Origin: Mycobacteriales bacterium
GTDB lineage: Bacteria > Actinomycetota > Actinomycetes > Mycobacteriales > QHCE01
Direction of reading: 5' to 3'
NCBI GenBank assembly: GCA_041743105.1
Contig: JBGTNI010000010.1
Location: forward strand, 13,589 to 77,588
DNA length: 64,000 bases
The notes under the pieces are model-generated. The model was not told the origin of the DNA, searched no databases, and saw only the letters and a list, made by a program, of their open reading frames with translations. Shown here piece after piece: positions 18,713 to 30,346 of this stretch; within the stretch, counting starts at the first letter, position 1; every line of letters begins with the position of its first letter. The translations under genes and the position numbers were made by a program.

Positions 18713-20176
18713 ATGCCGCGATTGCGCTACGAAACCACCGTAGAAGCGCCCATCGACGAGGTCTTCGCGTGGCACGAACGGTCCGGAGCGGTGCAGCGCC
18801 TGCTACCACCCTGGGAGCCCATCCGCGTGACGTCGACAGAGTCGACGCGGTCGGCAGCTGCCGCTCCGCCCGATGGGAAAATCCCCTCACCGCTGGCTGT
18901 GGGCTCGTGCGTGGAGTTCGAGCTGGCAGTCCCGGGACACTTACTAGAGCTCGGTCTGAAAAAACTTGGTCTCCCCCGATGGGTCGCAGAACATACCTAC
19001 TACGATCCGCCACACGAATTCCGCGACACTACGCGCAAAGGACCATTCCGCAGTTGGAAGCACCGACACCGCTTCGAGGCAACGGCCGGGGGTACCACCG
19101 TCATCGACGAGGTGGACTTCCAACTGCCCCTCGGGCGGCTCGGCGCCCTGGCAGCAGACACCTCCCAGACCCGACTTACCCGCATGTTCGCCTACCGTCA
19201 CCGGCAGCTCGCCGACGACCTCGCAGCGCACGCCCGTGCCGCCGCGCGGGGTGCCGGAAAGCTCCGGGTAGTCATCGCCGGTAGCAGCGGTCTGATCGGA
19301 TCGGCACTCAGTGCTTTCCTGCGTACCGGCGGGCACGACGTGCTCACCCTGGTGCGGCGGCCTGCCCGCACGGCGGAGGAGGTCTACTGGAACCCGGAGT
19401 ATGGCGTACTCGACCCGACCGCGCTGATCGGCGTCGACGCAGTGATCAACCTGGCCGGAGCACCGCTGCTCGGGCGATGGAGCAAGAACCACAAGCTTGC
19501 CGTGCTCACCAGTCGCATCTACAGCACCACCCTGCTGTCGCAGACGTTGGCCGCACTCGCTGCCGAAAATGCCGGCGGACCGACAGTGTTGATCAACGGC
19601 TCGGCAATTGGATACTACGGCCCTGACGCAGGCTCGCGGCTGCTAACCGAGGACAGTGCCGCCGGTGTCGGCTTTCTCGCCGAGGTGGTACAGGAATGGG
19701 AGAAGGCCACCGAGGCCGCCCAGGCTGCGGGACTTCGCGTGGTACACGTACGGACCGGAGTGGTGCAGTCGCCTTCCGGTGGCGCGCTGCGAGCCCAACT
19801 TCCGCTGTTCCTGGCCGGCGCCGGGGGACGCCTCGGTAGCGGTGAGCAATGGCTGAGCTGGATCGGCCTCGACGACATCGTGGGGGTCTTTCACCACGCG
19901 CTGACCACGCCGACACTGCACGGGGCGATTAACGCCGTCGCTCCCGAGCCGGTGACTACCGGTGAATACGCGGCGACACTGGCGCGAGTGCTGGGTAGAC
20001 CTGCACTACTTCCGATTCCGGCGTTCGGGCTCACCTTGGTACTGGGTAGTCAGGCCGCACACGAGATGCTGCTAACCAGCCAACGGGTCGTTCCGCAACG
20101 CGCACTCGAGAGCGATTACATATTTCGCAACACCACACTCGACAGTGCACTACGTCACGTGCTGGGGCGTTCTTAG
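18713..20176 (+). CDS. SRPBCC domain + NAD-dependent epimerase/dehydratase (YfcH/DUF1731-type) fusion
   Basis: Trimmed to ATG at 18713 after gagagg. N-terminal region MPRLRYETTVEAPIDEVFAWHERSGA, then VVIAGSSGLIGSAL (Rossmann). Confidence 0.7.
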   Translation: MPRLRYETTVEAPIDEVFAWHERSGAVQRLLPPWEPIRVTSTESTRSAAAAPPDGKIPSPLAVGSCVEFELAVPGHLLELGLKKLGLPRWVAEHTYYDPPHEFRDTTRKGPFRSWKHRHRFEATAGGTTVIDEVDFQLPLGRLGALAADTSQTRLTRMFAYRHRQLADDLAAHARAAARGAGKLRVVIAGSSGLIGSALSAFLRTGGHDVLTLVRRPARTAEEVYWNPEYGVLDPTALIGVDAVINLAGAPLLGRWSKNHKLAVLTSRIYSTTLLSQTLAALAAENAGGPTVLINGSAIGYYGPDAGSRLLTEDSAAGVGFLAEVVQEWEKATEAAQAAGLRVVHVRTGVVQSPSGGALRAQLPLFLAGAGGRLGSGEQWLSWIGLDDIVGVFHHALTTPTLHGAINAVAPEPVTTGEYAATLARVLGRPALLPIPAFGLTLVLGSQAAHEMLLTSQRVVPQRALESDYIFRNTTLDSALRHVLGRS

Positions 20177-20236
20177 TGTCATAGCCAGGCGTGGCGGGAG
20201 ACGGCCACGTGAGCCGCTCTACTAAGCTCGGCGGCA

Positions 20237-21247
20237 ATGAAAGGAGTGCGGATGCAGCCAGGAGTACCGCAGGGACCCCCACCGGGTTATCCTGTCCCAC
20301 CGCCGGGCCAACCCGGACTAACGCATCAGTTGAATCCATACGCGCAGGTACCGGGGCGAATCGTCGTAGCCGGGTTGACCAAGCAGTTCAAGCGGGTTCG
20401 AGCCGTCGACAACTTGTCGTTCACAGTGGAGCCAGGCACTGTCACCGGATTCCTCGGCCCCAACGGTGCCGGGAAGACCACCACCCTGCGCATGCTGTTG
20501 GGCCTGATCTCCACCACGGCCGGCGTCGCAACCATCGGCGGCCGGCACTATCACGATCTTGGCGCCCCGCTGCGCACAGTTGGCGCCGCCTTGGAGGCGT
20601 CCAGTTTCCACTTGGCCCGTACCGGTCGCAACCATCTACGCATCCTCTGTGCCGCCGCGGGAATTCCCGAATACCGGGTGGATCAGGTTCTTCAGCTTGT
20701 GGGGATGATGCCGGCGGCAAACCGCAAGGTAAAGACCTACTCCATGGGTATGAAACAGCGACTCGGACTCGCGGCAGGGCTGCTAGGCGACCCCCAAGTG
20801 CTACTGCTCGACGAGCCAACCAACGGTCTTGACCCCGAGGGCATCCGATGGATGCGCGGATTCCTACGAGGCCTCGCCGCCCAGGGCCGCACCATCCTGG
20901 TTTCCAGCCACCTACTAGCCGAGGTCACCCAGACCGTCGACGACGTGGTGATCATCGCTCACGGCCAAAGTCGTCGCCAGGGCAAAGTCGCCGACCTGAT
21001 CGCCGAGGCCAAGCAGTCGGTCCGGGTGAGCACCGGCAACGCCGATGCTCTGCTGCAGGCACTGGGCAACCAGGCCGCGGTACGGCGGACCAGTGCCACG
21101 GAGCTCTACGTCGACAACATGAACTCCAAGGACGTGGGCAAGGTGGCACATCAGGCCGGCATCGAGCTCGACGAGCTCTCAACCGTGCACGCCGATCTGG
21201 AAGAAGTGTTCTTGCAGTACACGCGAGGAGGGGCGGGAATCCGATGA
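20237..21247 (+). CDS. ABC transporter ATP-binding protein (Pro-rich N-terminal extension)
   Basis: Walker A GPNGAGKTT, signature YSMGMKQR and Walker B LLLDEP. Confidence 0.8.
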   Translation: MKGVRMQPGVPQGPPPGYPVPPPGQPGLTHQLNPYAQVPGRIVVAGLTKQFKRVRAVDNLSFTVEPGTVTGFLGPNGAGKTTTLRMLLGLISTTAGVATIGGRHYHDLGAPLRTVGAALEASSFHLARTGRNHLRILCAAAGIPEYRVDQVLQLVGMMPAANRKVKTYSMGMKQRLGLAAGLLGDPQVLLLDEPTNGLDPEGIRWMRGFLRGLAAQGRTILVSSHLLAEVTQTVDDVVIIAHGQSRRQGKVADLIAEAKQSVRVSTGNADALLQALGNQAAVRRTSATELYVDNMNSKDVGKVAHQAGIELDELSTVHADLEEVFLQYTRGGAGIR

Positions 21248-22038
21248 CAGGCTTACTCCGCAGCGAACATCTCAAAATCACCACCACCAAGGTCTGGTGG
21301 GTCATGCTGCTCGGGCTGCTGGGGATCCTTGCGCTTGCGCTGCTTATCAATGGTGTCATCACCGCCAGCGAACTCGACAATGACTTCAGCGACCAGTCGT
21401 TAAACCAGTTAGCTTCCAGCCTCTACACCTCCGGCCAATATTTCGGAGTACTGTTCGCGGCCATCTTGGGCACACTGCTGATCACCAATGAATTCCGCCA
21501 CCAGACGGCCACATCGACCTTCCTGGCCACACCCAGACGGATAGATGTCGTGGTCGCCAAGTTCGTGGTTGCGGTGGGCTGGGGAGTCCTCTACGGCCTG
21601 ATCTGCACTGTGATCGCTATACCGGTCGGCGCGGCCATTCTCAGTGGTCAAGGCGAGGAATCGGCCCTAGGAGAGGGTGCCGTACTCAAGGCGATTCTGC
21701 TCAACTTGTTGGCATTTGGGGTCTGGGCGATATTGGGAATCGGCATCGGCACTCTGTTACAGAATCAAGTCGGCGCCGTAGTCACACTCATCGTGGCGTA
21801 CTTTGGCACGCAGGTCGTCGGCGCGCTGTTGTCTGGTTTAGGAGAGGCGTGGGATCTGAGTTGGCTCGCTGGGGTGTATTACTACCTGCCCTATGGCGCT
21901 ACCCAGGTGATGACAAGCGCGGACCAGATCGCAGACAACGCTCCGGCCTGGTGGGGCGGCATGCTCATGGTGCTGCTCTACGGCGCGGTAGCCGCGTTCT
22001 TGGGAAGCTGGCTCACCGCCAAACGGGACATCACCTAG
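21244..22038 (+). CDS. ABC-2 type permease
   Basis: ATGA overlap with the ATPase stop. Product MTGLLRSEHLKITTTKVWWVMLLGLLG has six hydrophobic segments. The ORF-track start at 20848 is an over-extension. Confidence 0.7.
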   Translation: MTGLLRSEHLKITTTKVWWVMLLGLLGILALALLINGVITASELDNDFSDQSLNQLASSLYTSGQYFGVLFAAILGTLLITNEFRHQTATSTFLATPRRIDVVVAKFVVAVGWGVLYGLICTVIAIPVGAAILSGQGEESALGEGAVLKAILLNLLAFGVWAILGIGIGTLLQNQVGAVVTLIVAYFGTQVVGALLSGLGEAWDLSWLAGVYYYLPYGATQVMTSADQIADNAPAWWGGMLMVLLYGAVAAFLGSWLTAKRDIT

Positions 22039-22045
22039 GCCACCA

Positions 22046-22138
22046 CCAATAGGTTGCTGCCGTCGTTCCAACGTTTGAGCCGCCTTGCTCTACTCTACGC
22101 ACGCGGCGGCTCCTGCGGCCTAGGCAGCAACCTATTGG
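22046..22138. repeat. short palindromic element with CCAATAGGT termini
   Basis: ccaataggttgctgcc (22046-22061) pairs perfectly with ggcagcaacctattgg (22123-22138). It shares the terminal core with family A. It may double as the ABC operon terminator. Confidence 0.6.
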
Positions 22139-22211
22139 ACGGCGCCCTAACGCCATAACAATCGCCATCACCCGACGCACGGCGTCTGCTACGGCCCAGT
22201 AACCTAGAAGC

Positions 22212-25200
22212 GTGGCTACGACAACCGCTTCTTCGCACGAATCCAACACCACAAGCAACGAAAATGCAGGCCCATCCATCGCCGCAGAATTCGGTGCAAA
22301 TGAGTGGATCGTCGACGAGATGTACCAGCAGTACCGCGAAGATCCAACCAGCGTCAATGCCGCTTGGCACGAGTTTTTCGCTGACTACACCCCTGGCGCC
22401 GAGCTTGCGGCCGCAACGGGGCAGGTCGTACCGGCCGCCCCCGCGATAAACCCAGCTCTAGAGGACACGTCGGCCTACACGCCAGCGACAGCCGCCAATG
22501 CCTCTCAAGCTATTACGATGACCACCGCTGAGCAAAGCTCGCGGACTAATGCCGCGATACAGCAGGCACCGGCGGCTGCTTCCGCACCCAAGGCCAAGCC
22601 ACCGACACCAGCGCCGGCTACAGATGCCAACGTCACCCCATTACGCGGCGCGGCGGCCCGGATCGTGGCCAACATGGATGCCTCGCTAGCGGTACCCACC
22701 GCTACCAGTGTTCGCGCTGTTCCGGCCAAACTGATAGCCGACAACCGCATCGTGATCAACAACCACCTGATGCGGGGGCGAGGCGGCAAGGTGAGCTTCA
22801 CTCACCTCATTGGTTACGCACTGGTGAAGGCACTGGCCGATTACCCCGAGATGAACCAGTCGTTCACCACCGACGATGGAAAACCAGCGCTGTCGACCCC
22901 GGAGCACGTCAACCTCGGGCTTGCCATCGACCTGACCACGTCGAAGTCTCGATCGCTGGTCGTGGTGAGCATCAAAGGCGCCGACACGATGGACTTCGCC
23001 CAGTTCCTGGCCGCCTACGAGGAGCTGGTACGTAAGGCTCGGGCCGGAAAACTGGGCGCCGACGACTTTGCCGGCACCACCATCAGCCTGACCAACCCCG
23101 GAACGCTGGGCACGGTGCACTCTGTACCGCGCTTGATGCAAGGCCAGGGCGCCATCATCGGCGTGGGAGCCATAGAGTATCCCGCCGAGTACTCCGGGAT
23201 GTCGGAAGAGGCCATCAACGATCTAGGGATCAGCAAGACCATCACCCTGACTTCCACGTATGACCATCGGATCATCCAGGGTGCCCAATCGGGTGAATTC
23301 CTTAAGCGGATGCATGAACTACTGCTCGGTGCCGACGGTTTCTACGATGAGGTCTTCGCCGCGCTGCGCGTGCCCTACGAGCCGGTGAAATGGGTACGTG
23401 ACGTTTCGGTCGACAGCGCGAACGGGAGCGTCGACAAGAACGCGCGAATTCTGGAACTGATCAACGCTTACCGCGTCGGTGGTCACTTCATAGCCGACAC
23501 CGACCCACTGGAGTATCGCCAGCGCCGCCACCCAGACCTCGACATCTTGCAGCACGGACTCACGCTCTGGGATTTGGAACGCACTTTCAGCGTCGGCGGT
23601 TTCGCCGGCAAGGATCGCATGAAGCTTCGCGACATCCTGGGAGTGCTCCGTAGCTCCTACTGTCGTCGCATCGGTGTGGAGTACATGCACATCAGCGCAC
23701 CGGAAGAGCGGGAGTGGATCCAGCAACGGGTAGAGGTGGCGCACGACAAACCCGAGCCGGAGAAGCAGAAACAGATTCTGGCCAAACTTAACGCGGCCGA
23801 GGCTTTCGAGACTTTTTTGCAGACCAAATTCGTTGGACAGAAGCGCTTCTCACTCGAAGGCGGCGAGTCGGTGATTCCGCTGCTGGACGAGGTGATTCAA
23901 GCAGCGGCCGCGCAGAACCTCGACGAGGTGGTCATCGGCATGGCGCACCGTGGCCGGCTCAACGTGGCCACCAACGTCCTGAGTAAACCGTATGAGGCGG
24001 TCTTCGGCGAGTTCGAGGGGAACATCGATCCCAGCACCATGCACGGCTCCGGTGATGTCAAATACCACCTGGGCACCGAAGCCAAAGTCGCGACACCGGA
24101 TGGCAAACACACCATCGCGGTGAGCCTGACCAGTAACCCCAGCCACCTGGAGGCCGTGAACCCGGTCGTGGAAGGCATCGTACGCGCCAAGCAAGAGCTG
24201 CTGAAAAAGGGAGAGTTTGCGTACACGGTGCTTTCGCTGCTGGTGCACGGCGACGCGGCCTTCGCAGGGCAGGGTGTGGTCGCGGAGACACTGAACCTGT
24301 CCCAGCTGCGCGGGTATCGCACCGGCGGCACAGTGCACGTGGTGATCAACAACCAAGTCGGTTTCACCACAGCGCCGGAAGACACCCGGTCCTCGCTGTA
24401 TTGCACCGACGTCGCTCGCATGGTGCAGGCCCCGATCTTTCACGTCAACGGCGACGATCCCGAGGCGTGCGTCCGAGTAGCGCAGCTGGCGTTCGACTAC
24501 CGTCAGGCGTTCCACAAAGACGTCGTGATCGACATGGTGTGCTACCGGCTTCGCGGTCATAACGAGGGCGACGACCCCTCTATGACCAACCCGGACATGT
24601 ACGCGATCATCGACACCAAGCGCCGCGTCCGCAAGCTCTACACTGAGGCGCTGATCGGGCGCGGCGACATCACCGTGGAAGAAGCCGAGGCTGCGCTCCG
24701 GGACTTCCAAGAACGACTTGAGCACGCCTTCCGGGCTACCAAAGACACCCGTGCGGTGCCGACTCCCGTTGCTAAGCCCGCATTACCGGCACACGGCGAC
24801 AAGGTGGAAACCGCGGTAAGCGCCGACGTGCTGCGCCGGATCGGCGACTCGCAAGTACAGTGGCCGGCAGGCTTCATGCCGCACCCCCGGCTGGCACCAC
24901 TGATGGAAAAACGCCAGCAGGCGGCCATCGAAGGCCCCATCGACTGGGGCTTGGGAGAAACTCTCGCTTTCGGTTCGCTACTGCTCGAGGGGAGGTCAGT
25001 CCGGCTTTCGGGCCAGGACAGCCGCAGGGGTACTTTCGTGCAGCGACACTGCGTACTAGTCGACCACGCCAACGGCACGGAGTACGTCCCGCTGGCTAAT
25101 CTCGCACCCGATCAAGCTCGTTTCGGCGCGTACGATTCGCTGTTGAGTGAGTTTGCCGCCATGGGCTTCGAGTATGGCTACTCCCTGGCCCATCCCGACG

Positions 25201-25979
25201 CTCTGGTGATGTGGGAGGCGCAGTTCGGCGACTTCGCCAACGGGGCCCAATCGATCGTGGACGAGTTCATATCCGCCGGCGAGGTGAAGTGGGGTCAGCA
25301 GTCTGGCGTGGTACTGCTACTGCCGCACGGTTATGAGGGACAGGGTCCTGACCACTCGTCTGGCCGGATAGAACGCTTCCTGCAACTGTGCGCCCAAGAC
25401 AACATGACGGTGGCAAACTGCACCACGCCCGCTAGTTATTTTCACCTGCTACGCCGGCAGACATTGCGTAGCGAGCACCGTCCGCTGGTGGTGTTCACAC
25501 CGAAGTCACTGTTGCGGCACAAGCAGGCGGTATCGGCCGTGGAGGACTTCACCTCGGGCAGCTTCCAGCCGGTGCTGTCCGACCCCGGAATAGGTGGCTC
25601 GCCGCTGAATCCTGCCGAGGTGAGACGCGTGCTGCTGTGTTCCGGAAAGGTCTACTACGACTTGCTGGCACGACGCCATGAGCAGCAGATCGGCCACACC
25701 GCGATCCTGCGACTGGAGCAGCTCTATCCGGTACCAGTGGAGGAAGTACGAACCGCACTGGCACAGTATCCGAATGCCATCGATCACACCTGGGTGCAAG
25801 AGGAACCGGCAAACCAGGGCGCGTGGAGTTTCATGGCGCTGAACCTGTTGGAGCACCTGGAAGGCGTGCAGCTGCGGCGCATCTCACGTCGCGCCGGCGC
25901 GAGCCCGGCCACCGGATCGTCGAAGGCGCACCAGTTGGAGCAAACCGCACTGGTCGAGGCGGCGCTACCGAAGGGCTAG
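22212..25979 (+). CDS. kgd: multifunctional 2-oxoglutarate decarboxylase/dehydrogenase E1 (Kgd/SucA, actinobacterial long form)
   Basis: 1255 aa. N-terminus [19 protein letters not shown], an acyltransferase-like segment ([12 protein letters not shown]), then the E1 ThDP domain. Confidence 0.9.
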   Translation: MATTTASSHESNTTSNENAGPSIAAEFGANEWIVDEMYQQYREDPTSVNAAWHEFFADYTPGAELAAATGQVVPAAPAINPALEDTSAYTPATAANASQAITMTTAEQSSRTNAAIQQAPAAASAPKAKPPTPAPATDANVTPLRGAAARIVANMDASLAVPTATSVRAVPAKLIADNRIVINNHLMRGRGGKVSFTHLIGYALVKALADYPEMNQSFTTDDGKPALSTPEHVNLGLAIDLTTSKSRSLVVVSIKGADTMDFAQFLAAYEELVRKARAGKLGADDFAGTTISLTNPGTLGTVHSVPRLMQGQGAIIGVGAIEYPAEYSGMSEEAINDLGISKTITLTSTYDHRIIQGAQSGEFLKRMHELLLGADGFYDEVFAALRVPYEPVKWVRDVSVDSANGSVDKNARILELINAYRVGGHFIADTDPLEYRQRRHPDLDILQHGLTLWDLERTFSVGGFAGKDRMKLRDILGVLRSSYCRRIGVEYMHISAPEEREWIQQRVEVAHDKPEPEKQKQILAKLNAAEAFETFLQTKFVGQKRFSLEGGESVIPLLDEVIQAAAAQNLDEVVIGMAHRGRLNVATNVLSKPYEAVFGEFEGNIDPSTMHGSGDVKYHLGTEAKVATPDGKHTIAVSLTSNPSHLEAVNPVVEGIVRAKQELLKKGEFAYTVLSLLVHGDAAFAGQGVVAETLNLSQLRGYRTGGTVHVVINNQVGFTTAPEDTRSSLYCTDVARMVQAPIFHVNGDDPEACVRVAQLAFDYRQAFHKDVVIDMVCYRLRGHNEGDDPSMTNPDMYAIIDTKRRVRKLYTEALIGRGDITVEEAEAALRDFQERLEHAFRATKDTRAVPTPVAKPALPAHGDKVETAVSADVLRRIGDSQVQWPAGFMPHPRLAPLMEKRQQAAIEGPIDWGLGETLAFGSLLLEGRSVRLSGQDSRRGTFVQRHCVLVDHANGTEYVPLANLAPDQARFGAYDSLLSEFAAMGFEYGYSLAHPDALVMWEAQFGDFANGAQSIVDEFISAGEVKWGQQSGVVLLLPHGYEGQGPDHSSGRIERFLQLCAQDNMTVANCTTPASYFHLLRRQTLRSEHRPLVVFTPKSLLRHKQAVSAVEDFTSGSFQPVLSDPGIGGSPLNPAEVRRVLLCSGKVYYDLLARRHEQQIGHTAILRLEQLYPVPVEEVRTALAQYPNAIDHTWVQEEPANQGAWSFMALNLLEHLEGVQLRRISRRAGASPATGSSKAHQLEQTALVEAALPKG

Positions 25980-26770
25980 GGTAGCTTCTTGGGGCCAGAT
26001 TGATTCCCAGTCCCACCAGTCCCACCGGGACCCTGGATCATTCCAGGTTTGCCGTTCGCCGGATCTTTTCCTCCAGAGGGACGCCGACGCATAAGGCGAC
26101 CAGCTTTGGCGGCAAGCGGAAACGCTACTAGGTCATAAATTCCGCGTAGGTCATTCCCAACACGCCGCGACAACGGTGTACCAATAACTTTCGCTTCAGC
26201 GGTTCGCATGCGCAAAATTTGCCGGATCGCTGAGGTTTCCGGCTCCTGATCGGGAAATAGATCGTCTTGGATTCGGATGATTTCATCAGCCAATTTAAGT
26301 AATTCTTCACCACTTCCTACCACGCTTGGACGGTAGCGCTGCCTATTACCCAAGGATTCATAGTGTAATACCATTACACTATGTTCATTCAAGCCCTCCA
26401 TGCCGCCGTAAAGGTGGCTTTTCAGAAGATCTGGGAACGATGCGGCTTCCAGGAGCTGCGAGTTCTCCAGTATCTGCTCTCCCAGCCCTTATGGACTCAA
26501 TGTAGTCCCGAAAAGCTTCCCTAAGAGGGCCTGGAACAGGGAGCTCTGTTTCTGTCAGGCTATGTGCGGCCGCGAGATATTTTTCTGCTGCATCTTGTTT
26601 AAATGCTCTAATTGCCTGTAATTGAGCTCCTCTACGCGACTTATCCCCATAAAATTTTAACAAGGTAGTCTCACAAACGTAGATTTTAATTACAGGCGCA
26701 ACAAGTTTTCGCTTGAGATGCAAAGCATCTTTAGCAGAGAAAACTCGACTGCGCTGCGTAAATCGAACTT
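25976..26770 (-). pseudogene. AT-rich frameshifted remnant of an unknown gene
   Basis: ORFs 26385..26723 and 25976..26401 join into one sensible reading (..FRDYIESI | GLGEQILENSQLLEAASFPDLLKSHLYGGMEGLNEH..) if a 1-nt frameshift near 26481-26495 is allowed. There is no ATG/GTG start, and a stop lies immediately upstream at the qor end. The region is visibly AT-richer than its flanks. Confidence 0.5.
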
Positions 26771-26777
26771 CTCGATC

Positions 26778-27779
26778 TCACGGTGCGTGGTCGAGCACGA
26801 CCTTGCCGAATGTTTTGCCCGACGCCAGCCGGGCGAAAGCCCGCGCGGCGTCGCCGAACGGATGGATGCTATCGATCAGGGGTCTGACATCGCTACGAGC
26901 CAGCAGATCCAGCAGGCCGCGCAGCTCCTGCCGGGTGCCCATCGTGGAGCCGAGGACCTCTAACTGCCGATAGAAAACCCGACGAAGATCCAGAGTAGGC
27001 AGGTGCCCCGAGGTCGCACCGGAGACGACCAATCGACCACCGGGTACCAGACATTTCAACGAGTGGGCGATGGTCGCCGCTCCGACGGTGTCGACGACCA
27101 CATCGACTCGCTCGGGAGCTCTGTCCCCAGGTTCGAGCGCCACCGCACCCAACTCGATAGCCCGCTGCCGCTTGAGCGGGCTTCGACTGGTGACGTAGAC
27201 CCGGGCGCCCAGCGCACGTCCGATCAGCAGCGCCGCGGTCGCCACCCCTCCCCCAGCTCCTTGAATGAGAACACTGTCGTCGCGACCGAGCCGCCCTTTG
27301 GTGGTGAGCATGCGGTATGCCGTGAGCCACGCCGTCGGCAGGCATGCCGCCTCGACGAAGGACAGTTCGGGAGGCTTGGGGAGCAGATTGCCGGCGGGAA
27401 CCAAGACCCAGTTGGCGAGCGTGCCCGGATACTTCTCTGACAGCAATGAGCGATCAGGAGCAAACAGCGGATCGCAATCTCCGGCAACGCCGTCCGTCGC
27501 GTTCTCGGACACGTCCCCGATCACGGCGTGAACCACGACCTCGTTGCCACGTTCATCCACACCGGCGGCGTCGGTTCCCAACGTCATCGGGAGCTGTTCG
27601 CGGCGAAGCCCCACGCCACGCAGCGACCACAGGTCATGATGGTTGAGCGCGCTGGCGCGTACAAGTACCCGCTCCCAGCCCGGTGGAACCGCCGGTTCGG
27701 CTAGCACACCGACTTGCAGCCCCGCCAGAGGCTCTGTGTCAGATTGGGTAGCTGCGTAAGCCGCGATGTAGTCAGACAT
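26778..27779 (-). CDS. zinc-type alcohol dehydrogenase / quinone oxidoreductase family protein
   Basis: MDR family layout with the Rossmann stretch LIQGAGGGVATAALLIGRALGARV. Confidence 0.75.
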   Translation of the reverse strand: MSDYIAAYAATQSDTEPLAGLQVGVLAEPAVPPGWERVLVRASALNHHDLWSLRGVGLRREQLPMTLGTDAAGVDERGNEVVVHAVIGDVSENATDGVAGDCDPLFAPDRSLLSEKYPGTLANWVLVPAGNLLPKPPELSFVEAACLPTAWLTAYRMLTTKGRLGRDDSVLIQGAGGGVATAALLIGRALGARVYVTSRSPLKRQRAIELGAVALEPGDRAPERVDVVVDTVGAATIAHSLKCLVPGGRLVVSGATSGHLPTLDLRRVFYRQLEVLGSTMGTRQELRGLLDLLARSDVRPLIDSIHPFGDAARAFARLASGKTFGKVVLDHAP

Positions 27780-27800
27780 AGGTGCATCGGGAGAGCATTG

Positions 27801-28352
27801 CTAGGTCACCAGCCGGTCGGGGCAGACTGTAACCGGGAACGGACGCCGCATCTCTACCCGTTGCGCGCCGGTCGCGCCGGCGGCTTCGACATAGCCGCCG
27901 TCCACCAGATCCCACGCCCACAGCTGCGACATAGTGGGATCGAAAATCCAGTAGGAACCGACACCCACATCCTCATACAGTGAGCGTTTCAGCATGAAAT
28001 CCCGACTCCGGCTGCTGGGCGAAAGCACCTCAATGGCCAGCAGCGGCGGCGAGGTAACGTTCTTGGCCGTAGCCGCCGGCCGCGGAATGACCAACACGTC
28101 GGGCTGTACGGAGTTGCGAACGTCGGGCTGAAAGTCCACCGGTGCCACAAACGTTTCCAGCTCCGGCGGACACGCCCGGCGGAGCAGCACTAGAAACTCG
28201 GCTACTGCCCGCTGGTGCAGCAGAGCTGGGGCAGGGCTCACGATGAGTACCCCATCGATGAGTTCATATCGCTGTCCGTCGTCGGGCAGGTCTTCCAGAT
28301 CGGCCACGGTCCAGTCGTGTTTCTCACGCGGCATCACAGTCATAGCTGACAT
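27801..28352 (-). CDS. Uma2 (DUF820) family restriction-endonuclease-like protein
   Basis: Trimmed to ATG at 28352 (MSAMTVMPREKHDWTVADLEDLPDDGQRYELIDGVLIVSPAP...PDVLV...LAIEVLSPSS). This is the typical Uma2 pattern. Confidence 0.7.
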   Translation of the reverse strand: MSAMTVMPREKHDWTVADLEDLPDDGQRYELIDGVLIVSPAPALLHQRAVAEFLVLLRRACPPELETFVAPVDFQPDVRNSVQPDVLVIPRPAATAKNVTSPPLLAIEVLSPSSRSRDFMLKRSLYEDVGVGSYWIFDPTMSQLWAWDLVDGGYVEAAGATGAQRVEMRRPFPVTVCPDRLVT

Positions 28353-28512
28353 CGTGCTCCCTCTCGCGTCCCATGTCACGAGCATGCCGGTACTAAAGAA
28401 TCCGGCTAGTGCCGTCCACAGGCAACCGACTCTGCACCGAGTGTGACCATAGGGCCGATTTCGACGCGGAAACCCCGTTCCTGACGTCACGCTCAGTGCG
28501 CTGGTGGGTCGA

Positions 28513-29727
28513 TCAGACGGTTTTGGCAGCGGCCGCGACCGCGGCAGCCACGGCAGGCACCACTCGGGGGTCGAGAGCACTGGGTAGAATTCGATCCGCC
28601 GCGAGAGAGTCGGCAGCCACACCGGCCAGCGCGGTCGCCGCGGCGAGTTTCATCTCGGGCGTGATCTCACGAGCACCGGCGTCAAGCGCACCTTTGAAAA
28701 CACCTGGGAAAGCCAGCACATTGTTGATCTGGTTGGGATAGTCGCTGCGGCCCGTTGCGACGATCGCCGCGTACCGATGCGCAAGCTCCGGCGCTACTTC
28801 GGGCTCGGGATTAGCCATCGCGAAAATGAAACCGCCCGGCACCATGCCTTCCAACGCGTCGGCGGGGACCTTCCCGCCCGAGACACCGATCAGTACATCC
28901 GCGCCGCGCAGCGCAGCCCCAATGGACCCGGTGGTTCCGGTGGCGTTAATGCGTCCGGCGAGCTCAGCCTTCACCGAGGTAAGGTCGGGCCGCGAGGGAT
29001 GCAGCACGCCGCGTGAGTCCACCACCACGATGTCGCCGACGCCAGCCTCAGCGAGCATGTTCGCGACAGCGATTCCGGCGGCACCGGCACCTGCGATCAC
29101 TACGCGCAGTGAAGCCAGTGTCCGGTCTGTGACTACGCAAGCGTTGCGCAGCGCGGCAAGGGTGACGATGGCGGTGCCGTGCTGGTCGTCGTGAAAAACC
29201 GGAATGTCGATCCGCTTGGACAGCTCGCGCTCGATAGCAAAGCAGCGAGGCGCGCTGATGTCTTCTAGATTGATGCCACCGAACGACGGCGCGAGTCGTG
29301 CGACCGTATCGACGATTTCGTCGGGATCAGTGGTGTCCAAACACACGGGCACCGCGTCGATGTTGGCAAACCGTTTAAACAGGATGGCTTTGCCTTCCAT
29401 CACCGGCATGGCGGCGCGGGGACCGATATTGCCAAGGCCGAGCACGGCACTGCCGTCAGTAACAACAGCCACGGTGCGCGCCGCCCAGGTGTAGTGGTCG
29501 AACGCCGAACGATTCTGGGCGATCGCGGTGCAGACGCGCGCCACGCCCGGGGTGTACGCGCGTGAGAGGTCTGCCATGGTCTCCATGGGGACTGTCGGGA
29601 CAATCGCCATCTTGCCGGCGACGTGGGCGTCGAATACCTCTGCGTCGGTGAGTCGGGGGGCAGGCAGGCCGCGCTCGGGCGCCGGAGAATCTACTGGGCT
29701 GGTAGTCGGAGAAGTTAATGACGACAT
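28513..29727 (-). CDS. NAD(P)-dependent malic enzyme (short form)
   Basis: Trimmed to ATG at 29727. Motifs [13 protein letters not shown] and [17 protein letters not shown] are present. Confidence 0.8.
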   Translation of the reverse strand: MSSLTSPTTSPVDSPAPERGLPAPRLTDAEVFDAHVAGKMAIVPTVPMETMADLSRAYTPGVARVCTAIAQNRSAFDHYTWAARTVAVVTDGSAVLGLGNIGPRAAMPVMEGKAILFKRFANIDAVPVCLDTTDPDEIVDTVARLAPSFGGINLEDISAPRCFAIERELSKRIDIPVFHDDQHGTAIVTLAALRNACVVTDRTLASLRVVIAGAGAAGIAVANMLAEAGVGDIVVVDSRGVLHPSRPDLTSVKAELAGRINATGTTGSIGAALRGADVLIGVSGGKVPADALEGMVPGGFIFAMANPEPEVAPELAHRYAAIVATGRSDYPNQINNVLAFPGVFKGALDAGAREITPEMKLAAATALAGVAADSLAADRILPSALDPRVVPAVAAAVAAAAKTV

Positions 29728-29784
29728 TCGTCGAGCGTACCCCGGCGTGAACTCAAAGCATCCTGAGCGTCGTAGAGTGCCCAT

Positions 29785-30192
29785 ATGAGCTCGCCACCGG
29801 GTGTCGATGCCGCCCAGACTGCCTCCCAGACCCGCGCCGAGACCGTGATCTTGACGCTGCCGGGCAGCGGTGCGTATCTGGCCATCCTGCGCACCACCAC
29901 GGCCGGATTGGCCGCCCGTCTTGGCTTCGACCTCGACGCAATCGAGGACCTTCGCATTGCGGTCGATGAGGCGTGCACCCTGCTCCTGGACCAACCCGCG
30001 GCCGAGATCACGTGTCGCTTCTATCCAGACACCGACGGGATCGCGATCGAACTAGAGGCACCAAACACCGGCGGCCGGCAACGTTGGGCCGATACATTCG
30101 CCTGGCAGCTGCTTAGCTCCCTGGCGCAAGACGTCGCCGTGGTCGAGACATCTGACACGGTGGCCATCACACTACGCAAAAACTTTCAGTAG
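29785..30192 (+). CDS. RsbW-like anti-sigma regulatory factor / ATP-binding-fold protein
   Basis: LPGSGAYLAILRTTTAGLAARLGFDLDAIEDLRIAVDEACTLLL resembles the N-terminal helices of HATPase-type anti-sigma kinases. The assignment is tentative. Confidence 0.4.
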   Translation: MSSPPGVDAAQTASQTRAETVILTLPGSGAYLAILRTTTAGLAARLGFDLDAIEDLRIAVDEACTLLLDQPAAEITCRFYPDTDGIAIELEAPNTGGRQRWADTFAWQLLSSLAQDVAVVETSDTVAITLRKNFQ

Positions 30193-30346
30193 TCGGTAGC
30201 GCATATCGCGGTTGGCGCGGCGATCCGCGGCGTTCTCGTCGTCGCGCATAGCCCACTATGCGTCTCCTCCTCGGCCTTGCGGCTCATCCACCCCATCCCG
30301 CGCTTCGCTCCCACTCCAGGGGTAATGCTTCAACCCTTCTAGGCAA

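Noticed and set aside
23850-24725. 291-aa minus-strand ORF (and several others, 22505-25856) inside kgd
   Set aside because: It is antisense to a strongly supported 1255-aa gene. Arg/His/Val/Gly-rich composition is typical of shadow ORFs in GC-rich DNA.
25976-26723. Two overlapping small ORFs read as a toxin-antitoxin-like gene pair
   Set aside because: The frame comparison shows one coherent reading interrupted by a single frameshift, and the upstream ORF lacks an ATG/GTG start. A pseudogene is the simpler interpretation.
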